DNA from: Okamejei kenojei
Lineage: Eukaryota
Length of the DNA: 64,000 nt
Assembly (NCBI GenBank): GCA_035221665.1
Contig: CM069142.1
Coordinates: forward strand, 30,938,001-31,002,000
Reading direction: 5' to 3'
Shown here one piece after another: positions 52,401 to 64,000 of this stretch. The notes below the pieces were generated by a model, which searched no databases, was not told the DNA's origin, and saw only the letters and a list, made by a program, of their open reading frames with translations. The translations under genes were made by a program, and so were the position numbers. The number at the start of each line of letters is the position of its first letter. Within the stretch, counting starts at the first letter, position 1.

Positions 52401-52871
52401 TTTTGGAGTACTTTCTCCATATCGCGATTTTTATTAACTTTTTTTAAAGTACAGCCTTTCTGTCTTTTAAAATTCCCTGCCAAAAGATTGTGGAGCATTT
52501 TTACTTCTCTACCGTAATTTTAACGGTACCAGTATCGGAACCGGCCCCGTAATTAATCTCTCGTCCCGATCGCTGGGTATTCCCCTGGGACGTTCTTTTC
52601 AAAACTCCGTTATTTTAACAGAGTATATCTGTTCAATTTAAACTTTTAGTTTGTTTTTAAAATCCTTTAAAATCCTGGTTTCCACCAGGCACGGAGTTTT
52701 CCAGTCCTAAAAAAAAAAATTTTCAACTGCCTTACCTGCCGGTTCCGAACCTACCGCTGTCGAGGAGCTGTTCTGTGCAGCTCCTGCTTCTGCCGTCAGC
52801 GTCGACGTAATGCCGTTTCCAGCGCCAGGCGGGGTTCTTCACGTAGTCACTCACGTGACTCCGAAGTAAAA

Positions 52872-52988
52872 TTGGCTTGGTATAATTGTAAATTGTCCCT
52901 AGTGTGTGTAGGATAGTGTAAATGTGCGAGGACTCGATGGGCCGAAGGGCCTGTTTCCGCGCTGTATCTCCCAAAATAAACTAAACTG
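52872..52988 (+). mobile_element. 3' half of the split SINE
   Basis: ttggcttggtataattgtaaattgtccctag...gggccgaagggcctgtttccgcgctgtatctc. Confidence 0.85.
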
Positions 52989-53902
52989 AGGCTGCCACTG
53001 TTACTAGCATACGTCAGTAAAAAACTGCGAGTACAAGATTTGAGATATTTTTGGAGTTTCAATGTTATGGCAAATATCATTCAGGCCATGCTTTATTAGA
53101 TTATATGCCAAATCCAGTAGCATCATAAGCATTTGTGAACCATGTAGGTCAGTGGCTCTCAACCTTGTTTGCCCCATGCACCCCTTTCACCATATGTCAG
53201 AATGTCATTCCCCCCCTTTCCAAGATTGTCTGCCTCAAAAAGTGAATGATGTGTTTGTTGCTGAGTGAGTAACTTCAAATAGTGTTTGCTTTGTGAAAAG
53301 ATTAAGGTCAGTTAGACAATGCCTAAGATGTTTTATTCAATTTATATTTTGAATTTCACTGAATGTGGTTGATGGCATTGGCATTTGAACATGTACAGTT
53401 AAGCCAGTTAAAAGTGGAAATAAATGCCTAAGTTACAAGGAATGAAGTTTAAGGGATTATTGTGTAAATATTCAAATATGAAAAGTAGGTTCAGTACAAA
53501 AGGGGTAGGACACTGGGAGAAGCCGGATGATGAAAATGTAGAATATTGTCAGAGGTGCAGGCATTAAAAAAATCTGCATTGCTATAAAAAATCTTAATGA
53601 CATGACCAATGAAATATTTTTGAAATCAAGTCAAATAATTGTCAACAGGCACAAAATGAAATCCCACAGGGAGCAAAGTTAGGTTTACTGGTCTCTTTTA
53701 TTAAAGGCTGTGAATAGCAGTTACATAGTTTTCCATACTATGTTGAAATACAGGATTTTTTAAAACATATTTTGGAGATCTTTTGTAACAGTATGACTTG
53801 AGTATGTTTGAAATGAAACAATGGAAACATTCTGTTGCCTCTCTTTTCCCAATAATTGAGTTTTCTTTTAAACATAATCATCAATTTTTTTATCTTTTCC
53901 AG

Positions 53903-54033
53903 ATAACACTACCGTAGAAAAACTTAGGGCTATTTGCTTGGATCATTCAAAGCTTGGTGAAAGCAGCCTCAGTCCAAACTTGGACACGCTCTTCTTTGGA
54001 CAATCTGCCTCACAAGTGTTATATCTAACTGAG
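53903..54033 (+). CDS. USP9X: USP9X exon (D)[43 protein letters not shown]
   Basis: ttccag|AT ... GAG|gtatgt; 131 nt; phase 1 matches the preceding exon across a 10.3-kb intron. Confidence 0.95.
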
Positions 54034-54720
54034 GTATGTAGACCTGTTATGAAAAAAATCATGCAAGAGGCTGCAGTTTCTCTGCGATTATAGTAATAGA
54101 GAGAAAGCTGTGATTTGACAGTGTCTGTGATTGATCTGGTTTGAACTGTTAATTTGACCTACTGTTTTGTCTCTTAAACCATAAACTCCAGTGTTGGATA
54201 AAAAGTTATGTGATCACAAATTTTACCTCCTCCACATGTCTGTTTTATATTTGATATGATTCTGAAACGTGCAATTCTTATAGCTAGACAATAAAGTGTA
54301 AAAGTCCTTTGAAAGGTTCCTTAAATGCACTTAGCTTCAAAAATGATTATATATTTGGTAATATTTTTGTTTTAAGAATTCCAAGGTGTCTGAAGTTATA
54401 ATTATTTTATATTAAAATTGCATTATTTTTTACACTAAATTTAATAATTGATCATAATCTTTAAAGTTGTATGTTGCTTACAAAAGTTATCTTTTCTAAA
54501 ATTGAAAGTGTGAATACTGAACACAACTTTGCTGCATTGTAACAAGATTTTTCACGGCATAATTAATTGACCAAGTGTAATATTTAACCAAAATGTTAAA
54601 TTAGTTTTAAACATTTGCAGAAGAGCAAAAGTTACTATTCTGCTTTTATATCAAATAGTGATTTACTATTAAATTATCCGTTTAAAATTTCTTCTTTTAA
54701 CTTATCGCATTTCTGAACAG

Positions 54721-54999
54721 GTAGTATATGCCTTGTTAATGCCTGCTAGTGCACCTTTGGGAGAAGATGCAAGTGATTTCCAATATAACTTCTTAAAAAG
54801 TGGTGGTGTGTCCCTTGTTCTGGGCATGCTTACGAGGAATAATTTTCTGCTAAATGCTGATGTGGAGACACGAAGGGCTGCCTATCTTAATGCACTAAAA
54901 ATAGCCAAGTTATTGCTCACAGCTGTTGGATATGGCCACGTTAGAGCTGTGGCAGAAGCATTTCAGCCAGTTGTGGAAGGATCAAGCAATGTTTCGCCA
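54721..54999 (+). CDS. USP9X: USP9X exon [29 protein letters not shown]...VEGSSNVSP
   Basis: gaacag|GTA ... CCA|gtatgt; 279 nt; overlaps ORF 54733..55083. Confidence 0.96.
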
Positions 55000-55342
55000 G
55001 TATGTATCTTTTCTTATGTAAAATATTGCTTATTTCCTGTGATAATTCTATGTCAATGGCAAAAGAATGATGGCTTATTTTGAGACATTGACACTAAGGC
55101 AGAGCGGTTTTCCTATTTATTTAATAAGCCAAAGAACAGCAGTGTATTTAGTGATATGCATTATTTTGGTGATGGAAGCGTCATCGGGATGACTTTTACT
55201 GGAGATTGGCTTCCTTTGAATTCCAATAAAAAATGTGGACTTAGTTACTTATGCAAATCCTCTTTTCTACCGCTAAATGTGTAGTTTTAAATATCTCAAC
55301 ATTTTTGGTGTTGCGTTTTGATTCCTGTTTCCATTTTATTGA

Positions 55343-57394
55343 TATGCTGTGGGCCGAGCATCGAAAAAAAAGCATCTAGAATTTAATTTTTGTGACCCAT
55401 GTCTGGTATTTACCTGAAATTTGGTGCAGATTTAGATAAAATATCATTAAGAAGGAATTCGTAACTCGTCAGTGCCAAATGTTGCACACTAATTAATTAA
55501 GATAATTAGAAAATTTATTAGAAAAAGTAACAGCGCTTACTAGTGCTCAATAATAGGCAGTCTAATATTACTCTGTGGGGAGCTGGATTCCATGCTGCGG
55601 CAATTTACTTCCTGGCTCAAGGAGATCACATAACGGGGAGAGGGAGAGGGAGAGATGGAGAGTCCGGGACGGAGCAGCCAGCCTTCCGCCCAGTAGCTAC
55701 CCGCCAACCACCACCTCCAACGGTTGCGCCTGTGCCGAAGGACACAGTGGCTGGCTGGCTGGTGGGCGGGCCGACAGAAGGCGCTGAGGTGGCCGGTCCC
55801 GGCGGCCGCTCGCAGCCACCCGAGCTACTTCCCTCCCCGGCCACAATGCGGTGGCTCCGCACCCGGAGCGCCGCGGCAGCGGTGAGTGAGTGAGTTGCTG
55901 CCATGATCTCCGACCCCCTCCTTCTCAACGCTCCTGCCCTCCCCGCAACTTTACCCCTGGCGGCTCAACCAAGTTTGCAACTTTTGCAGCCCAGGCCATG
56001 CTGACCCGGGTTTCACCAGCTCATGAACCCGCCTAATTAATGGGTGGGTGCAGATCCTGTGCATTCCCTACTGACTGCCAATTATGTTCCTCTGGTAGAC
56101 ACACTTGCTGGAGTAACTCAGCGGGTCAAGCAGCATCTCTGGGGAAAATGGATAGGCGACGTTTCAGGACCAGACCCTTCTTCACTTTGAGAGTGAGGGG
56201 AGAGAGAAACTAAAGATATCTGTGTTTCTCAGTCTGAAGAAGAGATTCGACCCCAAACGTCACCTATTCCTTTTCTCCAGAGATGCTGCCTGTCCCGCTG
56301 AGCTTTTCCAGCATCGTGCGTCTACCAGAGGAAAGTAACTTTGTTTTAGGTACTTTGCACGAACCAAGGTCCAGGATCTCTGTACTTGATCTGGATGAGT
56401 AAGTACACTGTTCATTAAGTCTTAATAGCCTCAATCACTGCCTGACGTCTGGCTGTCTCCCAAGCCATCTCGGATAATGAAGCACGACCCGTGGTACATT
56501 TTGGGGTCTCGGTGTGGCATATCCCCACTGCATTGCCGGGAACCTGTTGATTAAAATCGATCCAACCACTGAGCTCCATGTAACTGAAATGAACAGGCGG
56601 ACCTTTCTCATCCCACGGTAATCGATGAGATGTGTTGTATTTTTCGCTCCCGGGTTTAAATCAATTCAAACTTGGACACACTAAACAGCAAAAGTAAACT
56701 GTAAATAATCATTTATTTTCCCAATCTTTTGGTTTAGATTTCATGATATGTCATGAATGGCTAGTTTACAAACAGAAACATTGCATTTTTATTTGTTAAT
56801 ACACGATGTACGAATGAAAACACTTCAATCTCACAATAATAATCATGTCTTGGATCGGTCTTCATTTTGGGGAACATTGTTAGTACTCAAAGTATTCAAA
56901 GTATTCTTATCCAGAGTCTTCATCAAAGTTGAACTCTTTCAAACTTATGCATGCACTGTAATCTGCAGTTCACTCTCTTGCAAAGATTAGATGACAACTT
57001 GCTGAAAGTTCACAATAATCATCAATCATACTGTCATGGTTTATTATGGTGTAGATAATCATGTGAGGTAATTTGTATTATTGTATTGACAGTTAAAACC
57101 TCTTGCACTAACCTTCCGCCATGATCCCAGAGTGCTCTCTGCCTAGCTAGCCTGAAACAAAGCGTGTGATTGGTCAATTGCCGTCCGACTCAATGTCAAA
57201 CATGTATTGATTGGACAATTACTACTCAGAAAATTTGAGGTTTTTTTCATATTTTAAAATTATGTGCAGGTTTTGTTCTTGACGAGTTTCAGGTATGATT
57301 TATATAATATTTCTACACAATATGTTAAAAATAAAGGTAGATACATGATTTGGGTCACAAAATGAAACGAAAAAGCACCTCGGCCCACAGCCTA
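55343..57394. mobile_element. Non-autonomous DNA transposon, Academ-like
   Basis: TIRs ta(t)gctgtgggccgag / ctcggcccacagccta; subterminal ttttgtgaccca / tgggtcacaaaa; 3-bp TSD TGA; contains an inverted Penelope pair at 56095-56327. Confidence 0.6.
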
Positions 57395-57585
57395 TGAGGC
57401 TTGATTTATGTAGCTGAGATAATTTTTGTGGACATAATTACATTTAGTAACTTAATATTTGAAATAGAAATTGACGAATTGTTTGCATGTGTAAATTTCA
57501 GATTTTTGATCATGTGTAAATTTCAGATTTTTGATCAAGTATAGCGTGTGCTATACAAACATTGCCTTTTTTGTTTTCAAAACAG

Positions 57586-57711
57586 ATAAATCATGCTACA
57601 CATAGCCAAGCTGTAGTTCTGCAAAATGCGCTGCACAACATTCCTAATCCTACTTCTGAATGTATGTTGAGAAATGTAGCCATCCGCCTTGCCCAGCAGA
57701 TTTCAGACGAG
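57586..57711 (+). CDS. USP9X: USP9X exon [42 protein letters not shown]
   Basis: aacag|ATA ... GAG|gtatgt; 126 nt; the next constitutive exon was not found in the window. Confidence 0.95.
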
Positions 57712-59656
57712 GTATGTATTCTTCTTTAATATGTGAAACATTATATTTTTTAACCTCAAGCAATGCACTATTGTAAATGGTATTTCATATTTATCAAGAT
57801 GTAATTCAAGATGTATAACTGATATGGAAAATAATTGTCAGTGTTTAATAGATCTGTATTCTTGCAGAACCCTTAAAAGAAAGTTGCTTGTTTCAGAAGT
57901 ATTAAGTAATATAAAAAATACAATCGTTAGTGAACCAGGTGCATCCCTGAAGAAGGGTTTCGGCCCGAAACGTTGCCTATTTCCTTCGCTCAACAGATGC
58001 AGCCGCAGCCGCTGAGTTTTTCCAGGACTTTTGTCTACCTTCGATTTTCCAGCATCTGCAGTTCCTTCTTAAGCATCCCTCCAAGGTCTTCGGCAAACAG
58101 TGGCTACATGTGCAGTTAAAGAAAATGGGGCTAATTCCATTTAAAAAATCAGTGCTGGAGCAACTTAGCTGGTCAGTCTGCATCTTCGGCAGACGATTGA
58201 TTTTCAGGTCGGGATTTTCTTCAGATTAATTGTAGTATTGGGGAGAAAGCTGGATAAGAGGCGAGGGTGGGACAATGCCTGGCGGGTGATAGGTGGATGT
58301 AGGGGAGGGCGGCTTGATTGGCAGATGGGTAGACACAGGCCAGGGGTGAAAAGACAAAAGGCTCTAAGATAAGGAGAGAAGAATGAAATTTGATGTCCGA
58401 GGAAGGGTTGACGGAGGAAAGGGATGCAGGATAATGAGAGAAATTACAATGGTAGTTGGGTTAACATAATGTTGCTTTCCCTAGACCACCAAAGAAATTT
58501 CAATATTCATGAGAGAAAAAGTTTGATTTAGCCTCAACCAGCTTTATTTGGGTTTTCAGTCAAAACATTATACCGTTGTCAAAATCTGTCATATAGTACC
58601 ATCTGATTGCAAGAATCAATTTGTGGCATTATTTCTTGATCAAGTATGAATCATAGTAGAGTTGGGAGGGAAAAAGCATTTTTGATTCCCACATAAATCC
58701 AGATTTTCGTTTTTTTTTAAACAAAAATAAAAGGACTCCACATTGCAGATAAGAGAAATGCTGCCTCAGCCAGAGACCAGGATTCAAACCTGACCTTGGG
58801 AGCTGTCTGTACGGATTTTAAAAGCTCTGTGTGATTGCACGTGTCAATTGTGCACTCCTGGTTTTCTGCCACATTTCAAAAATATGTGGGTTGTTCAGTT
58901 TATAATTGGCCACCTTAATTGTGTGCAACTGAGTTTGAGAATTTTGGACAGATTTGATGAGATTTAGAATGTAATTAATGTAGATTTGTGCAAATGGCTG
59001 GTTGATTGTCAGTGGCTTCAATGGCTGAAGAGCTTGTTTGTATGTTGTATCTCATTATGATTCTATAACACTTGTGAATGATTTAAAAAAAAAAGAAAAC
59101 TTCAAAGTTGCTATTTTTTTTCCATGAGCTGATTGTTTTCAATCCAGAGAAGAAAAAATCTTCTTTGGGTAGTTGCTTGTGGGAGGCTAATGGAGAAAAT
59201 AACCTAATTTTGATGGCCTTGAACAATTCTTAAAATTGAGGAAGTTTACTATTTCTTATGCTTTACTGTTCTAAAACAGATTATTTAAATTATAATTATT
59301 TAAATAACTATTTAAACTATTTAAATAATCTCAAGTTCTGAATGCTGACTGTGCAGTTCCAATTCTTCTGAAATATGAGACATATGGTCCTTGTTTATTC
59401 TAGGACATTATCAAAAATAAGGTGAAAGACTATAGATTTTTCTCCTTGTATTATTTCTCAATCATCACTAATCTCCCCAATTTGCTTCTTTATAGACCAC
59501 TGAGAAGTGGAGCCATGTCTGTTTACAAATTAGGAGCAGGAAAGGGTCCTCAAGTCTGTTCTGCCATTCAATGAGATCCAGGCTGATTATATTACATGAA
59601 CTCGGCATTTAATTGCATCTTTAGAAATATGGACCTAATCTGTATGGCTACACTTA

Positions 59657-61381
59657 CAGTGCCCTCCATAATGTTTGGAACAAAGACCCATCATTTATTT
59701 GTTAAAGAAGGAACTGCAGATGCTGGAGAATCTTGGGTACACAAAAGGCTGGAGAAACTCAGCGGGTGCAGCAGCATCTAAGGAGCGAAGGAGATAGGCG
59801 ACGTTTCGGGTCGAGACCCTTATTTATTTGGCTCTGTACTCCACAATTTGAGATTTGTAATGGAAAACATCACATGTTAAAGTACTCATAGTCAGATTTT
59901 AATAAGGGCTATTTTTATACATTTTGGTTTCACCATGTAAAAATTACATAGTCCCGTCCCGCCCCCCAACCCCCCCCCCCCTCATTTCAGGGCACCATGT
60001 TGTTTGGGACATAGCAATATCATGTGAATGAAAGTAGTCATGTTTAGTATTTTGTTGCATATCTTTTGCATGCAATGACTGCTTGAAGTCTGCGATTCAT
60101 GGACATCACCAATTGCTGGGTGTCGTCTCTGATGATCTTCTGCCAGGCCTGTATTGCAGCCATCTGTAGCTTATACTTGTTGTGGGGGTTAGTCCCTTTC
60201 AGCTTTCTCTTCAGCATATAAAAGGCATGCTCAATTGGGTTCAGATCGGGCGATTGACTTGGCCACTCAAGAATTAACCATTTTTTAGTTTTGAAAAACT
60301 CCTTAGTTGCTTTAGCAGTATGTTTGGGACCATTGTCCAGCTGTAGAATGAACCGCCGGCCAATGTGTTTTGAGGCATTTGTTTGAACTTGAGCAGATAG
60401 GATGTGTCTATACACGTCAGAATTCTTTATGCCTCTACCATCAGCAGTTGTATCATCAATGAAGATAAGTGAGCCAGTACCTTCAGCAGCCATACATGCC
60501 CAGGCCATAACACCCCCACCACCGTGTTTCACAGATGAGGTGGTATACTTTGGATCTTGGACAATTCCTTCTCTACTCCATACTTTGCTTTTGCCATCAC
60601 TCTGATATAAGCTAATATTTGTCTCATCTGTCCACAAGGCCTTTTACCAGAACTGTGGTTGCTCTTTAAAGTACTTCTTGGCAATCTAACCTGGCCATCT
60701 ATTTTTGTGGCTATCCATTGGTTTGCATCTTGCAGTGTAGCATCTGTATTTCTGTTCATGAAGTCTTCTGCGGACAGTGGTCATTGACAAATCCACACCA
60801 GACTCCTGAAGAGTGTTTCTGATCTGTCGGACAGATGTTTTGGGATTTTTCTTTATTATAGAGAGAATTCTTCTGTCATCTGCTGTGGAGGCCTTCCTTG
60901 GCCTGCCAGTCCATTTGTGAGCTCACCAGTGCTCTCTTTCTTCTTAATGATGTTCCAAACAGTTGATTTTGGTAAGCCAAAGATTTGGCTGATGTCTCTA
61001 ACAGTTTTATTCGTGTTTCTCAGTCTCATCATGGCTTCTTTGACTTTAATTGGCACAACTTTGGTCCTCATGTTGATAAACAGCAATAAAAGTTTCCAAA
61101 GATGTGAGGAAAGACTACGTGCTGAGAGCTCTCTTTTACCTGCATGAAGGAGGCAATTAAACACACCTGAGCAATTACAAACACCTGTGAAGCCATGTTA
61201 CCCAAACATTATGGTGCCCTGAAATGGTGGACCAAAAATGTATACAAATGGCCTTTTACAAAATAAGACAATGTGCACTTTAACCACATCTGACTTTTTC
61301 TATTACAAATCTCAAATTGTGGAGTGCAGTGGCAAATAAATAAATCTTGGGTCTTTGTCCCAAACATTATGGAGGGCACTG
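59657..61381 (-). mobile_element. Tc1 element of the same family as 1498-3685, full length, TA TSD, frameshifted transposase
   Basis: TA|cagtgccctccataatg ... cattatggagggcactg|TA; ORFs 60044..60637 (WTDET, QLDN, SPDLNPIE) and 60856..61164; Penelope piece inserted in the left TIR (59701-59820). Confidence 0.94.
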
Positions 61382-64000
61382 TATTTGTGATCAATTTGTT
61401 CTTTTAGAAACAAACATAATTAACATTTTTCCACAACAGAATCTTCAGCAGGGGGAATGTTTGAATACATTGCAGTGATGTGGTTGGTGTGAATTATTAG
61501 ATTGATAATTTACTCATGTGGTTTGTATGATGGCAACCACATCAAACAGCAAGAGAGCTGTTAAGAATACATAAAGGAGTAATCATGGAACACTCCAGAG
61601 AACAAAAGAGGCTAAAATTCAGGACCTAAATCTTTGACAGGGAGGGAGGTGGTGCACAAACACATGTTCGACCATTCATATTGGATGCATGGTTTGTTGA
61701 AGGGGTAGGGGAGTCTGGGAAAACACAGATGAGATCTGCTTTCAATGTAGAATGATACCAACACAACCGAGTGTGCTATGACCTGTAATGTTACCCAATT
61801 GTTACATTTTAGAAATTTCCTTCTGTCTGATTAGCAGTTAAAGCCATATTGCCTTGGATTAAGAATGTTTAGTTCACTTGATTTCTCCAGTGTAACACGT
61901 ATGTGCCACTGTAAGAATTGTGTATTGTTAAATGCTATATAATAGCTTAATACTCAAAGAAAAGCAGAAGGCTCTTGAGCCTTAGCTGTTGGTTTTAAAG
62001 AAATGCCTGGCCATTCATGTCATTTGTCTGAGAGGTCTTGCTGTGACTGTTTGCATAATGGAAATATTATGGAACATCGAATTTTACACACCGGGTTCGG
62101 AAATTGCTTAATCTTTCCCCGTACATCTCCTTTAAACTTTCTCCCTCTCACGAAGCTATGCCCCCTACTATTTTGCATATTTTTGCAAAATATTCCCACT
62201 GTCTATACTATTTATCCTCATATGCGGCTTAACTAAAGTTTTATAAAACTGCAATGTGATTTCATAATTCATTAATATTAAACATTTTATAGTATCTGAA
62301 CTGCAATAAATATTCATGCTACGCCTAATTATTGAATAAACACCATGGTTATTGAAAATAATGCAAATGTTGTTAACTTTATTTGACTGTTTTGTGCATT
62401 TTGACAATTTGTGTAATTAGAAAAATAATAATATAATGTTTGAAATGTATCTGTAAGATATGTTTATTGTGATGGTATCAAACTGGTCAAAACATTTATT
62501 GATTAATGTGAATTGATGTTGTTCAAGTGATGTTACTGAGATTTTAATTGCTTTTTTCCATCCAATTCTTTTCATTTTTCCTTTTCTATAGGCACTAACT
62601 CATGCTGAGGTACGGTTCCATGGGTTCTGGACAATTGTAATCTTGCTTAAGTGCTAATTCTTGACATGGGCCTAGATAGTCCTGCAGGCTGTTTGACATT
62701 GGACGGCATCTCAACTGACTATTCCAGTCGTCCTGTATATCCTTTGCACGTTGGCCCGCAAACAATTGCTGAGTGTAGCAATCAGAAGCAGGAACTCTAC
62801 ATTTTCTTCCTTCTCTAAACTGGAGTGCTGAGATTAATGCGATGTACTTTTATACTTAGCTCTTTATCAGCTAACTCAGCATAAACTAAGATTTCTTGAT
62901 TTGCTTGGCTGAATACAATTTCAAGATAGTATGTTTAGAAACTTTTTAATCTTCTTTTGATCTGGCAATTTTTTTCCCCAATATGATTAAAAGGAAAATT
63001 AAAAATAAATTAACATTAATTGTGAACTTCACATTATATTGTTATAACTTGCTGTGATTACTGAGTTAAACTAACCAGAAGGGTTGTAAAGGGCTGGTAT
63101 ATGCTACATTAGCTGATTTTAACTAAAGCAGTTGAGGTGCTGTCATTGGCTTCAACACTCCCATGTTAAGTGATATTAACAAAAACGTGGTTGTGTCTCT
63201 GCTCTGGATTCTTATTTAGTGATGAAAGTATGCATTTCAGTTCAGAATCAATTAAATCAGGGGGAACCTTACTCTTGAGGTCACCTTTTAAAAATATGAA
63301 AGATACATTTGGTCTGTGGTGGGGATTTGGTGAAAGGCAGTAACTGGAATATTAATACCACATACCATTTAGGGCAGCCATTGTAAACTTATTAAACTAC
63401 TAATAGATATTAGTTCACAATCTATACAGCCAACCAAGTTAGAAGTTAATTGCAGAAGACCTGATGGTGATGGGCAGTTAATATTTTAAAATTATGAAAC
63501 CAAACTAACGCGGCAAATGGTGCAACAAATGAGCATCAACATTCGTGAACATCCGTGAATTTTACTTGAAAACTTTATTTTTTATTATTATACAGGGCTG
63601 ATTAGTTTTTTGACCAATGGTTTAAAATCTTATGCAGTGCTGAAATTGTTGTAACAGCAGGTTAAGGATTACTTTTCCTTCTCAACAGTTGCAATTAATT
63701 ATTGAATGTTTTGGTGTTTAAGTGGGGAAGTATCAAAGGCCTTAATCTAATTCTAACTTAATATAAATTCTGAACATGTCGCCAAATCTGGCTTGAAATT
63801 GGCATCCACTTTTTTAATATTCAATGTCATCTGCAGAAATGTGTGCGATATGCTAATTGATTAGAGTATATTTGAGTATAAAGATATAAATAGTCTTCTG
63901 TAAGCTCTTGCTGAAAGCCCTAATTTATGAAATGCTGAACTTCCTATAACCAAAATGTTTTGATTGTGAATATAAAAAGGCAGGAGCATAAGGAAGATTA

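Larger units (their letters stand above)
43921..52871 (-). mobile_element. DIRS1-like tyrosine-recombinase retroelement, coding-decayed, termini intact
   Basis: 36-bp inverted core 43992-44027 / 52810-52845; ICR 44148-44260 complementary to both termini; minus-strand remnants VMGYLDYI (RT, 51179-51153) and NNTTAVAYVN (RNase H, 50506-50471); no TSD. Confidence 0.88.

Noticed and set aside
55543-55928. GC-rich ORFs / CpG island as an internal USP9X promoter
   Set aside because: Lies inside the TIR-bounded element 55343-57394; no exon structure seen.
61440-61451. Possible microexon after ccacaacag
   Set aside because: The acceptor looks plausible but no GT donor follows in frame.

Overview
Eukaryotic DNA from a jawed vertebrate. 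The HE1-type SINEs, CR1/HER LINEs and Penelope repeats point to a cartilaginous fish, probably a skate or ray (inference). The window holds 14 consecutive + strand coding exons of USP9X (563-57711; 2370 nt, 790 codons, all GT-AG with consistent phases). The introns are full of transposons: three Tc1 elements, L1, CR1, BEL/Pao, Penelope pieces carrying minimal hammerhead-ribozyme motifs, hAT MITEs, Helitron-like repeats, an Academ-like element and SINEs. Main observations: (1) a DIRS-type tyrosine-recombinase retroelement (43921-52871) with a perfect ITR/ICR circle-junction architecture but decayed coding sequence, inserted without a TSD inside a SINE; (2) within it, a gap-bounded GC-rich block with a CACNG2/3-like (TARP) first exon and a 5x CRE/GC-box array, which is either cargo or, more likely, a misplaced contig; (3) a 1.1-kb near-perfect palindromic Crypton-like element 33 bp downstream of a USP9X donor; (4) two candidate unannotated USP9X exons, a 191-nt PTC (poison) exon and an 18-nt in-frame microexon. 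All family assignments come from motif recognition by eye; no database searches were run.
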